The position numbers and the translations under genes were made by a program. From the NCBI GenBank assembly GCA_043228905.1, contig JBHGNT010000009.1, positions 20,398,001 to 20,462,000 on the forward strand: DNA of 64,000 bases, given 5' to 3'. The notes under the pieces are model-generated. The model worked only from the letters and a program-made list of their open reading frames with translations, searched no databases and was not told where the DNA came from. Positions 38,865 to 51,600 of this stretch are shown one piece after another (the first letter of the stretch is position 1; every line of letters starts with the position of its first letter). The stretch is from Azolla caroliniana. Lineage: Eukaryota; Plantae; Polypodiophyta.

Positions 38865-41010
38865 ATTTTATTTTATTTTTTAAAGATATCCATGCATTAG
38901 TGTAAACAATTTACAGAGTTTTGATTCTTAAGTGATCGGCAAAGGGAACAACCATCTTGGTGGTTGAAAGTGCTAAAAAGGAGTGTCATTCTTCGAGTAC
39001 ATAAGTGAGTAGCTTTCCACAAAGTAAGAAACTGATGATGATGAGCAACATTATGGTTAGAATCTCCAACAATACAATCCCCTTGTCCCTTTAAAGTATG
39101 AACCATGTCCAACCAAATATTATTTGCCAATTCAATTTAGCGAGGCTCTAACTTGATTAAAAACGAGAAAGCAACGAGCCTTTCAGATGTAATATGTAGT
39201 AGTACTACTCAATATCTCCCATAGTGGTTGCACCTCCTTCCTTATCCCTAAAAATTACATAAACACTAATGGAAGTACACAAACACTTCTAGAGTTAGTG
39301 TGAAAATTGTGGCCCATAGATTCATTGTCGTAACGGAAAATAGAGCTGATAAGTGATGTCCAAACCACCATGCCCCATGTGAATACCGATGGGGGAAAGT
39401 AGTTAGCAAATATTCTTAGGCGGTGTTGCCAAACTAGTTGAGAATCAATTTTGAGTTTCGACTTGCAAATGACACTAAGCACAACAAGAGGATATGCCCA
39501 TCTTATGTAGCCATGTGCCAGGTTTGGTGCACAAGTAACACCATTGTACATGAAGTAATTGTCGTGATTGTTTTCTTGCCCATATGTTAGCCTAGAACGT
39601 AGCAAGAAACTTTGGGGTAATACTGTATTGACTCCATTATTTAAAATGCAGTTGTTTCCATCCAAGAATTACTCAAGAGTTGAGATTGTTTTGATGTTCC
39701 TTTCAACCATGCATGATTCCAAGAGACTATTCAGTGCAAGTATAAATGATGATTGCTTCAATGTGGGGGGTGATCAACAACTCCGTCCCCACATGTGGAG
39801 AAATGGAGTGCATTGGAAGTGTGTGATCGGATTGATGAGGCCTTCTAGGGCATGCCCGTTGATGATAGCGGTGGTAGTGATGATGATGATGGAGTTTTTA
39901 ACAAAATAAATAAAGATATCCTTTCATTAGTGTAAACATTTTACAAGATTTCAAAGTCTATGTGATCGGCGGAGGAAACAACCATTTTAGAGGTTGAAAC
40001 TACCAGTAAGGAATGCCTTTCTTGGAGGTCATGAATGGAGTAGTTATCCATACGCTAAGAAACTTACAACGTTGAGCAGTTTTATCATTAGAATCTCCAA
40101 CTATACCGTCCCATTGACCCTTCAAAGTATGGACTATGTCCAACCAAATATAAGTAATTGTTAAGAATTAGGTAAGTAATTAAGCAAGGGTTCATTAGTA
40201 CCTAATTATGTGATTAAGTTAAGCGCGGAAGATTATGTGATATGTGTGTGAGAGGAAGAGAGAGAGAGGAAGATACACTTAGGAACAACACAAGATGGGG
40301 GATGATAAACTCTATATTAAATTAGCAACATCATCATCAAATACAAAAATACCAACAATGAGGTATATATAGATCTCATGTGCAAGGGTGCACATGTGTG
40401 AGGAGAATATAGGTACAAAGGTGTAAGTCTTATATTAAATGTACTTGGGAGTGGAGGATCTAAAATATCCCACTAAGTACAAGGTCCTATTTACGACGTT
40501 ATAGTCAACACTTCTAACTAGATTCTAACTAGGTAACTACGAAGTTACGTGGTTGACTAACTAACTAACTATAGTTGAGCTTGATATCTCAACCGTAATC
40601 AATTCCGTTGGCGCTGCTTTAACTTGACGGAAAATGAGAGAACATTGAGCATTCCAGATGTTATATACAATCGTACTACTCAGTATCTCCCATATTGGTT
40701 GGATTTCTTTTCTTATCCCTGAAAACAGTAGTGTCAACAATGGTTGTGCACGAACACTTCCAGATTTAGTGTAAAATCCATGGTCCATAGATTCGGCGTC
40801 ATAATGGAAAGCATAATGGACAAGAGACATCCAAACCACGGTGCCCCATATGAAAACCAATGGGGGGAAATAGTTAGCAAAGATTCTAAGGAGAAGTTGC
40901 CATATCAGTTGAGACTCAATGCATTCCCATAAACAATGTTTTTGAGTTTCAATTTGTAAATGTCATTGAGAATGATGATGATGGTGTTGGGAATGAGGAG
41001 CCTAATATGT
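38865..41010 (-). mobile_element. Two degraded L1-like LINE 3' ends (~38865-39720 and ~39900-41010)
   Basis: Paralogous minus-strand peptides IWLDMVHTLKGQ / IWEILSSTIVYNIWNAQCS / VFTWGMVVWTSL; the first copy ends in an A-rich tail. The clade is an inference. Confidence 0.6.
40159..40594 (-). mobile_element. Solo LTR (436 bp) interrupting the L1-like remnant
   Basis: Perfect 5-bp TSD GTAAT (40154-40158, 40595-40599); starts TG, ends CTCAACC; removing it restores the LINE frame PTELITYIWLDIVHTLKGQWD. Confidence 0.8.
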
Positions 41011-41379
41011 TTGTGTAATTGATTCATTTCATTGAATGCAGGTATGCAGTGTATGTATGTATGTAAGTGATGCTCATGTCTATATGCTACCAAATCATAA
41101 AGAGCTATGACGAGGGGATCGCGGCCACGGACAATGTAGGGTGCTTGGTTGAGGGTGTCAACTTTTTCATTGGTGCGTTTTTTTTATCCATATCGCATAC
41201 ACTCTTAGCCAAGCGTCCTGCACCATTCGTGCCCGCGATTCCCTCGAATGCCCTCTTTATGATTTGGCAGCAGATAAACACGTAAGTGATGTAGTTGCCA
41301 GATGGAGACATTGAAACATTGCTTCTGGGAATGTCATGTTGCATAACAAGTTTGGAGATGAGTGTTTCGAATTCTAACC

Positions 41380-41870
41380 TTTATGTTTAGGGATGGTAGT
41401 TTTTCGTGGGTATGGTAATATGGGCTACAATGGCACAAATGATGTGGACATATGAGGCATGTCCAAATTATACGATTATTAGAATTCAAAGAAGAAGGAT
41501 AATGGTGGTGCAACGAAGTCATATGGAAGCTCTGTATATGTTAAAGGCAATGCAAGAAGTATGGGAGCCGCTATGCACTACTACAATGTGGTTTATTTGG
41601 ACTGCTTGGTGTTCTACGATTTTTGGTAATACTATTGTTTATCCAGTGTAAAGTGTACGAAATGTCTGGACGCAGATGGTGCATACCTTGAAAGGGAGGT
41701 ATGATGAAATTAAAGGTGAGATAGAGGTTGCAGTGTTGCAACGCCTTGAATTTATTGCCTTATTGGAAGAATGCCCCTTTTCTCACATCACAAAATGCAA
41801 GACCCAAATGGTGCTTAGCACCACCAGTATCGTTGTTCCCACCACCAAACACCTAACGTAAGTAGGTTAT
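41380..41870 (+). mobile_element. Degraded L1-like LINE 3' end, related to 38865-41010
   Basis: FSWGMVIW, EVWEPLCTTTMWFIWTAWCSTIFG and VWTQMVHTLKGRYDEIKG parallel the minus-strand remnants. Confidence 0.6.
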
Positions 41871-42442
41871 GGAGTGGTGGAGTGTTGATACTATTTATAT
41901 CCTTTAGGGATGGGGACCTAAGGAAGAATGCAACATATGAATGGTAGCTTGACGGTAGCTCAACATTCTTGTAATAACTGTTTATAACTAATGAAAGGAT
42001 ATTTTCCACGAAAAAAAGAGAAAAGAAAACACGTAAGTGATGTATTGTATGTTCATATGTATGTATGCATGCATGTACACGATGCATTGTATGTATGTGT
42101 GTGTAATGCACTCTATGTATGCAATGTAAGTATGTTATTTAAAGCAGAGTATGTATTGTAAGTGTGTGTGTGTGTGTGTCCGATGCATCGCATGTTGTGT
42201 GTGCGCTATTTCGTATTCTCGAATATTGAGAATATCACGCATGGAGAATATCACGAATGGGGCGCATGTGTCAATCTATGTATGTATGTATGTATGTATG
42301 TATGTATCATGTATGTGTCTGATGGCCCAACTGTATTTTGGCAGTTAAAGAGAATGCATACCTCTGTCTTAAGCTTTTCTAGGGTTTTGTTCTCTTCTTC
42401 TTCTTCTTCTTCTTCTTCTTCCTCCTCTCTGTTGATGCTTCC

Positions 42443-44375
42443 ATGACGCGTATATACTTCAAACCGCAGACCTGCTCTGTGCGTAACCCTAAAATCAGCC
42501 GAAAGCAAGGCCCCACGAAGAAGCTGCAATCCGATGATGCTTCTTCATTTAACATACCACACAGTGATTGGAGAACTCAGTTAGACCCCGATGCCATCGA
42601 ACAGATTGCTGATGGCCTTGAGAAGATGGTCCTCTCTTGGACTCACCCATCTGCACCTGATTCTAAAACTTACCCTAAACTTCAAACTAACTCTAATGAA
42701 GACGTTTCTGCAGTTCTTCCAGAAACGAACACAGACGCTAACCCTAACTTCTCCTCGGGTATGGATCATAACATTCCCTCTAATGTGAACCCTAACCTTA
42801 AAATTACAAACCTTTACCATAACCATAACCATAACCCTAATTATAACCCCGATCATACCCCTGACCCAGACCCTAACTCTAACTCTAACTCTAACTCTAA
42901 CTCTAACCCTAACTCCAAATGTAATCCCAATCCTGACATTAACCCCAACCATAACCCTGATCATGACCATAAAGCTGATTCTAGCCAAAATCCTAACCCT
43001 GATTCTAACCAAGATGCTAAGCATAAGCATAGCCCTGATTTTAACCGAAACCCTAACCTTCACTGCACTCCTAGTTATAGCACTAACCAAAATTCTAACC
43101 ATAACCCGACACCTATACCAGTCTTAATCGAGTCTAGTGAACCTTCAGACATAACCTTGAATATAGTTCCAACTGCATCTTCTAATATTAGCTTACCGGT
43201 GACATCTATGGCACCTGCTCTGGATGAGATGATGAGAGGCGAGCTTATCAAGAGCTGTAGGCCGTCCATGACAAGTGCACAATCTTCCATTGCCGATCAA
43301 CAAAGCGCAGAGGCGAGCTTTTGGTACCTCTCTCCAGCCAAATCGTTACCGTATTGCATCGCAAATGGCCTCGGAAATGTAGAAGAATGTAAGCTGATTC
43401 CGGAACCTTCTTTCCACCATGGAGGTGCCTTTACCCCCTTGCAGCTCACAGGTAGCAATTTTGACAGGATAGATCCTCATCAACATCTTCAATGTACTAG
43501 TATGCAAGAGAATACATTAAATCATTCTCTTCCCAACCATAGCTATGGACATAGCCAAAATGGAGGTCACCCTCATCGGAAAGGACCACGCATCCGTAGT
43601 ATCGAAGAAGGAGAAGAAGATGAAGGAGATGGCAATTCTGACAATGATGATAATCTCCAAGACATGAGACAAGAGAATCCTATGTTGTCGGAGAGGGTTT
43701 CTTACCACATTAAAACAGCTGGAACCAGCCATTGGAGTGAAAGCATAGAGGTAAATGGTAAGGGTTTTCTCCCAAATCTACACTATTGCTATCTCATCTT
43801 TTTGATGCATCCCTTTTTTATCCTTATGGAGGCAATGCATTTGTGTTTTAAAAGTGATTCATTTCATGAAATGTTTGCAATGGAGATTCTGGCACTGTGA
43901 TTTAGCTTTATGTGCATTGCCACTAAGCTACATACATAAAGCATTACTAGTTCCAATCATGGAGCAGAGGTGTATATGCTCATCCTAATGTTGTTTTCTG
44001 CGCATTACTATCGGCAGGCGGAAATCGTATCCATGAGATACTCGAGAAGAAGCTCACCTCAGCACAAAGCGACTGCCATCGATCTCCTTATCCCCAAGCT
44101 CTACAGGTCATCTTGTGTGTTTTCGATCTTCGAACATATTCCCATGCTCAATAATCTTGCAAAACCTGAAACCCAATCAGTCACAATGGATTTTCTAACA
44201 CTTCCTTCATACAATCATTCTCTCAGGGAGAGGAAAAATGTGGTGTTTACAAGAAGAAGGTCGAAGAGCTTCAGATTGCCCTGCTAGAATGTGCTATGGA
44301 ATATGAAGTCAAGGTGTGTCATCCCTTGAACAGATTGCAGTCACCATATGTGTATGTGTATGTATATGTATATGT

Positions 44376-44415
<40 letters not shown>

Positions 44416-45256
44416 CACCTACATGTATATGTATGTATATAAGAATCTCTCCATATTGTTGACAGATTGTTGAGATGAAAATGCAAATGTTGCATATGAA
44501 ATCAGAGCAACGTCAAAGGGATGGTGATGGTAGTTCACATTCAAAATCAGGGTGTGACAAATCAACAGTGGTAATTCAATAAATAAATAAAACTTGACCA
44601 CTTTTTCTTTTTTTGTTTTACTTGTTTGGAGCCGAGAATCATAGTGTATCTATGTTGAAAGCTAAGATTTTTCATTCTTTGAAGAGGAAAAGATCTCATC
44701 ACAGGAAATCGATCAACTATTCCGAGAGAATGGTCATCAGGTGGGAACCGATGGGCAGAGGGTAGAATTCTTAAGGAAGCAATTGTGCAAACAACAACGC
44801 GAGAAACGCGCATTGGTACGAGAACTCAATGATTTGAAGAAACGAGAAAGGTATAAAACATATAAATGGGGAAAAACATTCCCCTAGCTATTTGGATGTT
44901 CACCAGAATAACCATGTTTTTCGAAAAAAAATTATGAAAACACTGGTCTCGGAATAATGGGTATTCCCAACAACTTTTTATCACACTTTTGAGTGATGAA
45001 AAACCGGGTGGTATTCTGTTGAGTATCTGAATTTGCTAGAGGTATTTCCAGCGTTTTTCCCCAATGCATAACAAATAGTTGTATCATTTAGAGGATGAAG
45101 ATGGATGGTCGTATTTGAATATGAATTATATTCCATGAGTCGTAATATAAAATCCATTATTGGTATATATAACAGGCAATTCGATCTACAACGGCGAGGT
45201 TTGGACGATGCATTGGGACGTGTAAACACATTGCAAAGGTAAAGCTCTATGTTATG

Positions 45257-45290
<34 letters not shown>

Positions 45291-46470
45291 GATAGATAGA
45301 TATAGAGAGAGAGAACCAGAGTTGAGATGAAGTCAATTATACACACATGGATGCGGTCATAAGTTTGATATACCAATATGGTGTAGATTAGGAGAATATG
45401 GTGTAACAAAGATGTGACAACGGTAGGAAAAAAATTTGAACTCAAGATCTTCAGTTGATGGGTAAAGCCCATTATGATTAAAAAAAAGAAGAAATACCTT
45501 CATTGATTCCATTAGTTTCGTGAAAGACTCATTAATGCATTTATTGATCCCATTGGTCACATTAAGAGGAAGAAGGTTTTCAAAGTTTTAATGTAGATTA
45601 CTACCATCCTATAGGGAGCTTGCAAAGAGGGAGCAAGAGATTGTGGATTGCCAATTACGCGAAAAAGAAGTGAGAGCTCAACTCTATGAGGTTCAACTAG
45701 CGTTACACAAGATTCAAGCTTCACAAATAGAGCCAAGGAAACTCTTGTCTTTGCTCCCTGCTCTTAGAGAATGGCTTCACACCGTCAAAAAGGTATCGCT
45801 ATCACTAAAATGCCGGTTGAATTTTTGAACTTCTTGGTTGGAAATATATCTATAAACATAAAAGGGAACAAAATCTGATAAAAAGACATAAGAAACTTCT
45901 ATAAATTTGTGGCATTTTCTCGTAGTTCCTATTATAAATTTAGTGAATCAAGGTAAACATTGATTTCAATGCTTTTGTTTAGGGCACTTGCCCTTCATCC
46001 CACAAGTTGAGAGATGGAGCCCTACCCCATAATAGATATATCTCCCTACCAAATCACTACTATTATTGTGCGTGTAGGCTCGAATCATTGCTATTGTGCA
46101 TTATACATGCACAATAGCAGCGATTTGAGCTATTGCTCATAGGTTGGGAGATCAAGCCCTACCCCAAAGAGAAAGAAAACAATATACAAATATACACACT
46201 ACGAAGGTCATAGAGTGATGCTCTGCATACTCTATTTATTTTGTGATTTGACATCATTTATTAACATAATTGTTTAGTGTGATTTTGCATCCCTTATCAA
46301 CATCTTTGTTTTGTGATCTCAAATAGCTTCCAAGTGGCAATACTCTTGTAGAGCCTCATGAGAAATCCACACCCCGGGCTCCAGCACATGTTGATAATAT
46401 AGTTTGTTCTGTGACAAAGGAGATTCAAGCATTGCAAAAAGCACTTTCGAAGCTAGCTACAAAGAAGTGA
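42443..46470 (+). CDS. Uncharacterised protein: disordered N/P/H-rich N-terminus plus coiled-coil C-terminus; exons 42443-43757, 44018-44106, 44227-44313, 44705-44850, 45176-45238, 45615-45792, 46327-46470
   Basis: All GT-AG junctions keep frame: ...YKKKVEELQIALLECAMEYEVKEIDQLFREN...FLRKQLCKQQREKRALVRELNDLKKRERQFDLQRRGLDDALGRVNTLQRELAKREQEIVDCQLREKEVRAQLYEVQLAL...VTKEIQALQKALSKLATKK*. No family recognised. Confidence 0.75.
44868..45062. mobile_element. MITE (~195 bp) in intron
   Basis: TIR GGGGAAAAAC...GTTTTTCCCC, further imperfect inner inverted arms, 3-bp TSD AAT. Confidence 0.65.
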
Positions 46471-48320
46471 TTCCACTCCATCAAACCACATGACGCAACT
46501 TCTTGCTTGATCCTTGAAATAGACAAATTCTATGCAATTTATTGTAAGATATATGCAATATTATTGGATTTGCTTGTCATTGTTACATTTCCAAATGAGA
46601 TGTATCATGGTTCAAATTGAAGCATAATGGAAGTTTCTCCCTCTCTCTCATTAGTGGACCTGGAAGCCACTTTTATTTTATTTTATTTTCGATGATTGGG
46701 TGCACATCCTGTCATTGTATCATTTGTCTCCTGGGCCAATTTTGGTTTTAGAAGATGTTAATATCTCTCTCTCTCTCATACAAACATATGATTTCTCTTG
46801 AGTAGATGGAGCCGATAATTACATTGTGTCCAATCATCACCAGTGTAAAATAAAGTGGAAAGTGAAATTGCAATTTGCAAATTCATAATGTTGTGTTTAA
46901 AAGCAAATTGTTAGGTTACATAATCTCAAACTGAAACTACAAGAAGCTTTACAATGAAATCCAACATCAAGTCAACTAATTCCTCAAGACTTGAACCTCC
47001 ACCATCAAGCTTGCAAAACCCCTATATGTCTCCTATATTTGATTGCTTTGTGGAAGTTATCCTTGAAAAATACATTTTTTGAGTTAAAGGGAGATGTCCA
47101 ACAATCATTTAGAAAAAAATCATAGTTCCGCTTAATGACCAATGTTTTGAAATCCACCGCATTGATCAAATTAAGAAATTATGCAATCTATCCCATGTAG
47201 GAACACAATTGTTGCAAGCTTGAGAGAACTAACCTTTATGAGCACCAAGACCCACTTGATATGGAGCGTGGAAGTACATCCTTTCCTTTACGCCTAGCAA
47301 TGAAGTTTCAGGGACAATGCATAACTTGTTCATGTTCATAAAAAAATTGTCTAATAATGTAGATTTGAAGTTAGGCCCACAAAGTAATGTATATTAAGTT
47401 ATGTTTATCCAGTTCATTGAAAGATATTTTGTTTATCTTGGATGGCAACGCCAAATGTTGAACCATCACAATGTTGTAAGTTACCTTATTGGTGTTGATG
47501 TGTCACCCTATTAATACAAGCAATAATTCGTGTGATTTCTTATTTTTAGTCATCATTGTCTAATTGATTAGATGTCCAATAGACATTATGGAAGATAAAT
47601 CGAGACTAGACAATGGAGCCTTAAGAGGGAGCAACCTTATTGAATTTGACAAATCCTATGGTCACGTAAAGTTTCAACCTCTTAAAAGAAAAATGTATGT
47701 GCGTAGGAACTTATCATTGGGTGGAGAGAATAGAAATAGGTTGGCCATTTACTTATTGTATGTAAACACAAGGATTGAAGCCTCATGATGGCAAGTTGTT
47801 GATATCGTTTAAAATTTCAAGTCTAGTTTGGTGCTCTCATGGCAACAAAGTTTCGACAACGTTTAAAGTACATATTTCTCCAATGAAGAAAAGTTATTCA
47901 TGTTCTCATTCACAAATCTTTTTGAATGTCAAAAAAGACGTTGTCAAGCTCAAGTCTAATGATAGTATGGTGAAATTTTAAGTTTAGCTTCGCATTTGTA
48001 CCCGAATCTTACTTTAGTCCATCAGATTGGGAGTAGTGCCACCCAAGTTTTCGTATATGTCTTAGATAGGATCATATTTGCGCTCATTACTTGCTTTGCC
48101 CTATTCGTGTGGCTTGGCCCCCCATCCCCCCCTTTCCAGAATTGGTGGCAGACGAAAGAGACCGATCATTCTAGGAAGCATATAAAAGAAAAAGCCATAC
48201 TCTCAATGATCACCCATGGCCAGGCTGGTTGGTGTGGAGTATAGTCTTGTGAGCCGGTGGCCATGGGGTGGCACCACCACCATCACTAGGTGACCAAGGT
48301 TTGTGTGTCTGGGATTCTAC

Positions 48321-48639
48321 TAGGAGTCAACACTGGCTCAACTCAAGCCTAAACTGAACAGTTAAAACGTTTTAAATGGTTTGGCAGTTCGATTCGGTTG
48401 CCTTTGGCTTGAGCGTCCTTAACTGGTTTGAGCTCAGTTTGGGGTGGCTCAAGCCCGAACCGAACCGTTATGGTCTAAATCGTTTCCCAAAACCATTAAA
48501 GGCTTAATCGGCTTGGACAAACCGGTTAGGAGCTGGTTCGGTTCAAGTTGGAAAACTCCCAAACAGGTTAAGGCGTAACCGGTTTGGTTTGGACTAGGCC
48601 AAACCGGTTACGCGGAAACCGAACCATTGCCGATTCCTA
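48321..48639. mobile_element. hAT-like MITE with AACCG-rich repeats, related to 23219-23580
   Basis: Right end reads TAGGAATCGGCAA on the minus strand (cf. TAACAATCGGCAA); left end TAGGAGTCAACA; many AACCG/CGGTT motifs; TSD not clean. Confidence 0.55.
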
Positions 48640-48663
48640 GATGCCTAAATTTTCAAAATTCAA

Positions 48664-51600
48664 ATGGTTTGGAAAGAGAACAGAAACCTGTGTGTATCCA
48701 TGGCCATGGCCATGGCGGACCTTCCTCCTCTGTCTTCTTCTTCTTCTTCTTCTTCTTCCCCACAGTTCCCATCTGTCTGCTGTGCCCACTGCGAGCTCTC
48801 CCCTGCCACAGAGTTCTGCCGAGACGAATCTCTCCCTTACTGCTCCCCCTGCTCCTCCTCCCTCCACTCCAAGAAGGCCAGAGCTCACCACATCCTCATG
48901 CCCCTTCGTGTCTGCGACCAGTGCGAGAAATCCCCTGCCTCCTTAACATGCTCTCTGTGTGGTGGATCCGGAGAACCTCTCGCCTTCTGCGCTCCCTGTT
49001 CGTCTCATCTTCATTCAAGAAAAGCTCGGTCTCATCATCAACTTGTCGCCATATCCATTACTGGTAAGAGGAACTTCACTTCTACTTCTGATTCTCTTCT
49101 GCCATTAAACATGGAGGAGGGGGTTACTGATTTTCCTCCCTCGACTGGTCTCTATCCAGGGAATCTTGGCCAGGGTAGGAAGCAGGATGGATCTGATATT
49201 TGTGGTGATGATGACGAGGAGCATAAACAGGGATCTATCAGAAACCCCAAACGAGAGGATGAGAAATCCTCATTGAATCGTCTTCATGAATCAAAGAGAA
49301 GTAAAAAAAGTAAAGAAGAAATGAAAGAAGAAGAGAACAGCAAAGGACAAAGAAAACCTTTGGTGGACTGTCAGCCACTTTTTCTGCAGGACACCAAGAA
49401 GAAGAAGAACAACAACAACAATCATGATAAAGAAAAAAAGAACGATATTGCAAAGAAGAAAAAACAGGACCACAAGAAAGATAAAGAGAAGAAGAAGGCA
49501 GTGAAGGGAGAATATCTGAACAACGATATTAAACAGGAGAGTACCAGTCCCATGCAATCTGGTGGAAGTCTAACAAGTCCTGTCTTAACAAATGTTCAGA
49601 ATCAAGAGACTATCTATCTTAGCGATGATTCAAGCAGTGATAGTGCGCATGATGCTAGCAATGCCAAGAAAAAGGAGAAGCAAAAGAGTGAAGAATACCT
49701 GAATAACGATAGAGATGCTAATAAAGAAAATGCTTCTATTGTTGGATGTCATAGAGCAAACCCTAATAGCAGGGTCTTGAGGAGTGCACACAATCAACGT
49801 GCTCATTATCTTAGTGAGGAATTGAGTGCTGCAAGTGATGATGACTCGATCAGTGAGAGTGAGAGTGAGAGTAATCATGACACTAGTGATGATGATGAGA
49901 CCTATGGCACCAAAAAATACCACAAAGGTTCTGTCACTCTCGAGGCATTTGTGGTGAATGTGGAAGCTGAGGAAGAAGGGAATATCAGAAGAGGTACTAT
50001 TAAGTTTTTACTTACTCCTTGTTAATATACATTCTGTATTGTTTATTGCTAACAAACTTCTTTCTTGTTTATTTGACATAAGAAATTCAAAATATTTTTT
50101 TGGCTACAAAGCTTCTTTCTTATTAATTTCACTGAAAAGGATATATTCTAGCCATACAAAAAGAGCCCACTTTCCCTCAAGTTTCCTGACACTAGGTTCC
50201 TGAAGACAATGAGGCTATAGAGGATATCCACCATTTTTCCGTACAATTTTCAACAATACGAGCTTTTCTAGACAAGGCTCGACATGCCTGGCTAGATGTC
50301 AACCATTTTCTGTGTGGGAAAGAGCTTATGTTTCTCTGTATGCTGAGCTTCAATAGGCGACCTTCTGAACTATGGGGGATGATAGTCATCTTACCCTTTG
50401 GGAAGAACCCACCTCCCCCCATGTTTACTCACAATGTTGAACATTAGTAGCTTTTGCAGGCAAGGATCACATATACCTGGCTAGGTGATGGTGAGGGTTA
50501 GAAGGCTTCTCAGCCATTTTTAGGGGTCAACTACCTGTATGTTTCCCTAGAATGTTTAAACATCATGAGCAAGGCAGTGTACCTAACTAGGTGTGGTGCG
50601 ACATGGCTGGGGGTCAGGGGTCTTAATCTGGGTTGTGGATGACAGGAAAATTGTCTTAAGATTTCTTGTGAATCTGAATCATGCTGAAGGATTGTGAATA
50701 TGAAGAATCATGAATAATGAGCTTGTAATTCAGGTTCTTGTGCGGAAAATCAAGTTGAAGAAGGTGTCCATGGAAGGATAAGGAAAATGCTGGAGCTTGG
50801 GTTGCACCCAGACACTCCTGACTTTGAAGCACAACAAGCCTTGAAAAATGCACAACGGCTCCTCACAAAACACAACCTACAACAGGTCACCTATGTGCTT
50901 TTCACTTAAAAGTCTGAAATCTGGCCTCATTTTGTCAAGAAAATATTAGTATATTGCTATGCTCATTGTTCAATGCTGTTGGGAGAGCCGTTATATTTGC
51001 ACTACATAACATATGAGCCTGGTTCTGATTTCCTGGAATTATTCTGTTGAGACATTCATCATATAACATTGCTAGATGTATGTCATGATAAGTTAATGTT
51101 TATTTCCAAACTTTCAGGCAGACGTACTGAAAGGAGACTTAGAGAACAATAAAAATGCGTTCGAAGGAGGAATGCGGATTGTGGACCTTCGATCTAAAGA
51201 CAAAAAACGTGCAGGATGTGTTGCTCATTGGCTCTACAGCTTAGCTCAAACTGTTGCTGAATACTTCGATACCCAATATTTTGTTCAGAAACGATCCACT
51301 ATTCAGGTTTTGGACCATTACTGATACAAGTATTAGCTTTGTTTCTTTCTCCTGTGAGAAATGATCAAGCTTTGCTCTAATGCAAAATTTATAAGCATTT
51401 AACTTCAAATGTGTCCAAATTATTGAGGAAACCTTCAAAAATACCCTCAATTCTTTTTTAGATGAGGGGAAATAAAAAGAAACTCAGGACTATTTGGGAG
51501 TTTTCCTTTGATTATTTACTATTTATCCGGTTTCGGAAGCATTTGTCAACACTGATTAGGTCTCATAGGACGCCATTCTGGCCTTGAGTAGATGTTAATC

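Noticed and set aside
42740-43110. Interstitial telomere or functional antisense (VR)n protein (42581-43102)
   Set aside because: The hexamers are degenerate, are not the plant TTTAGGG heptamer and stay in the coding frame; the antisense ORF is a by-product.
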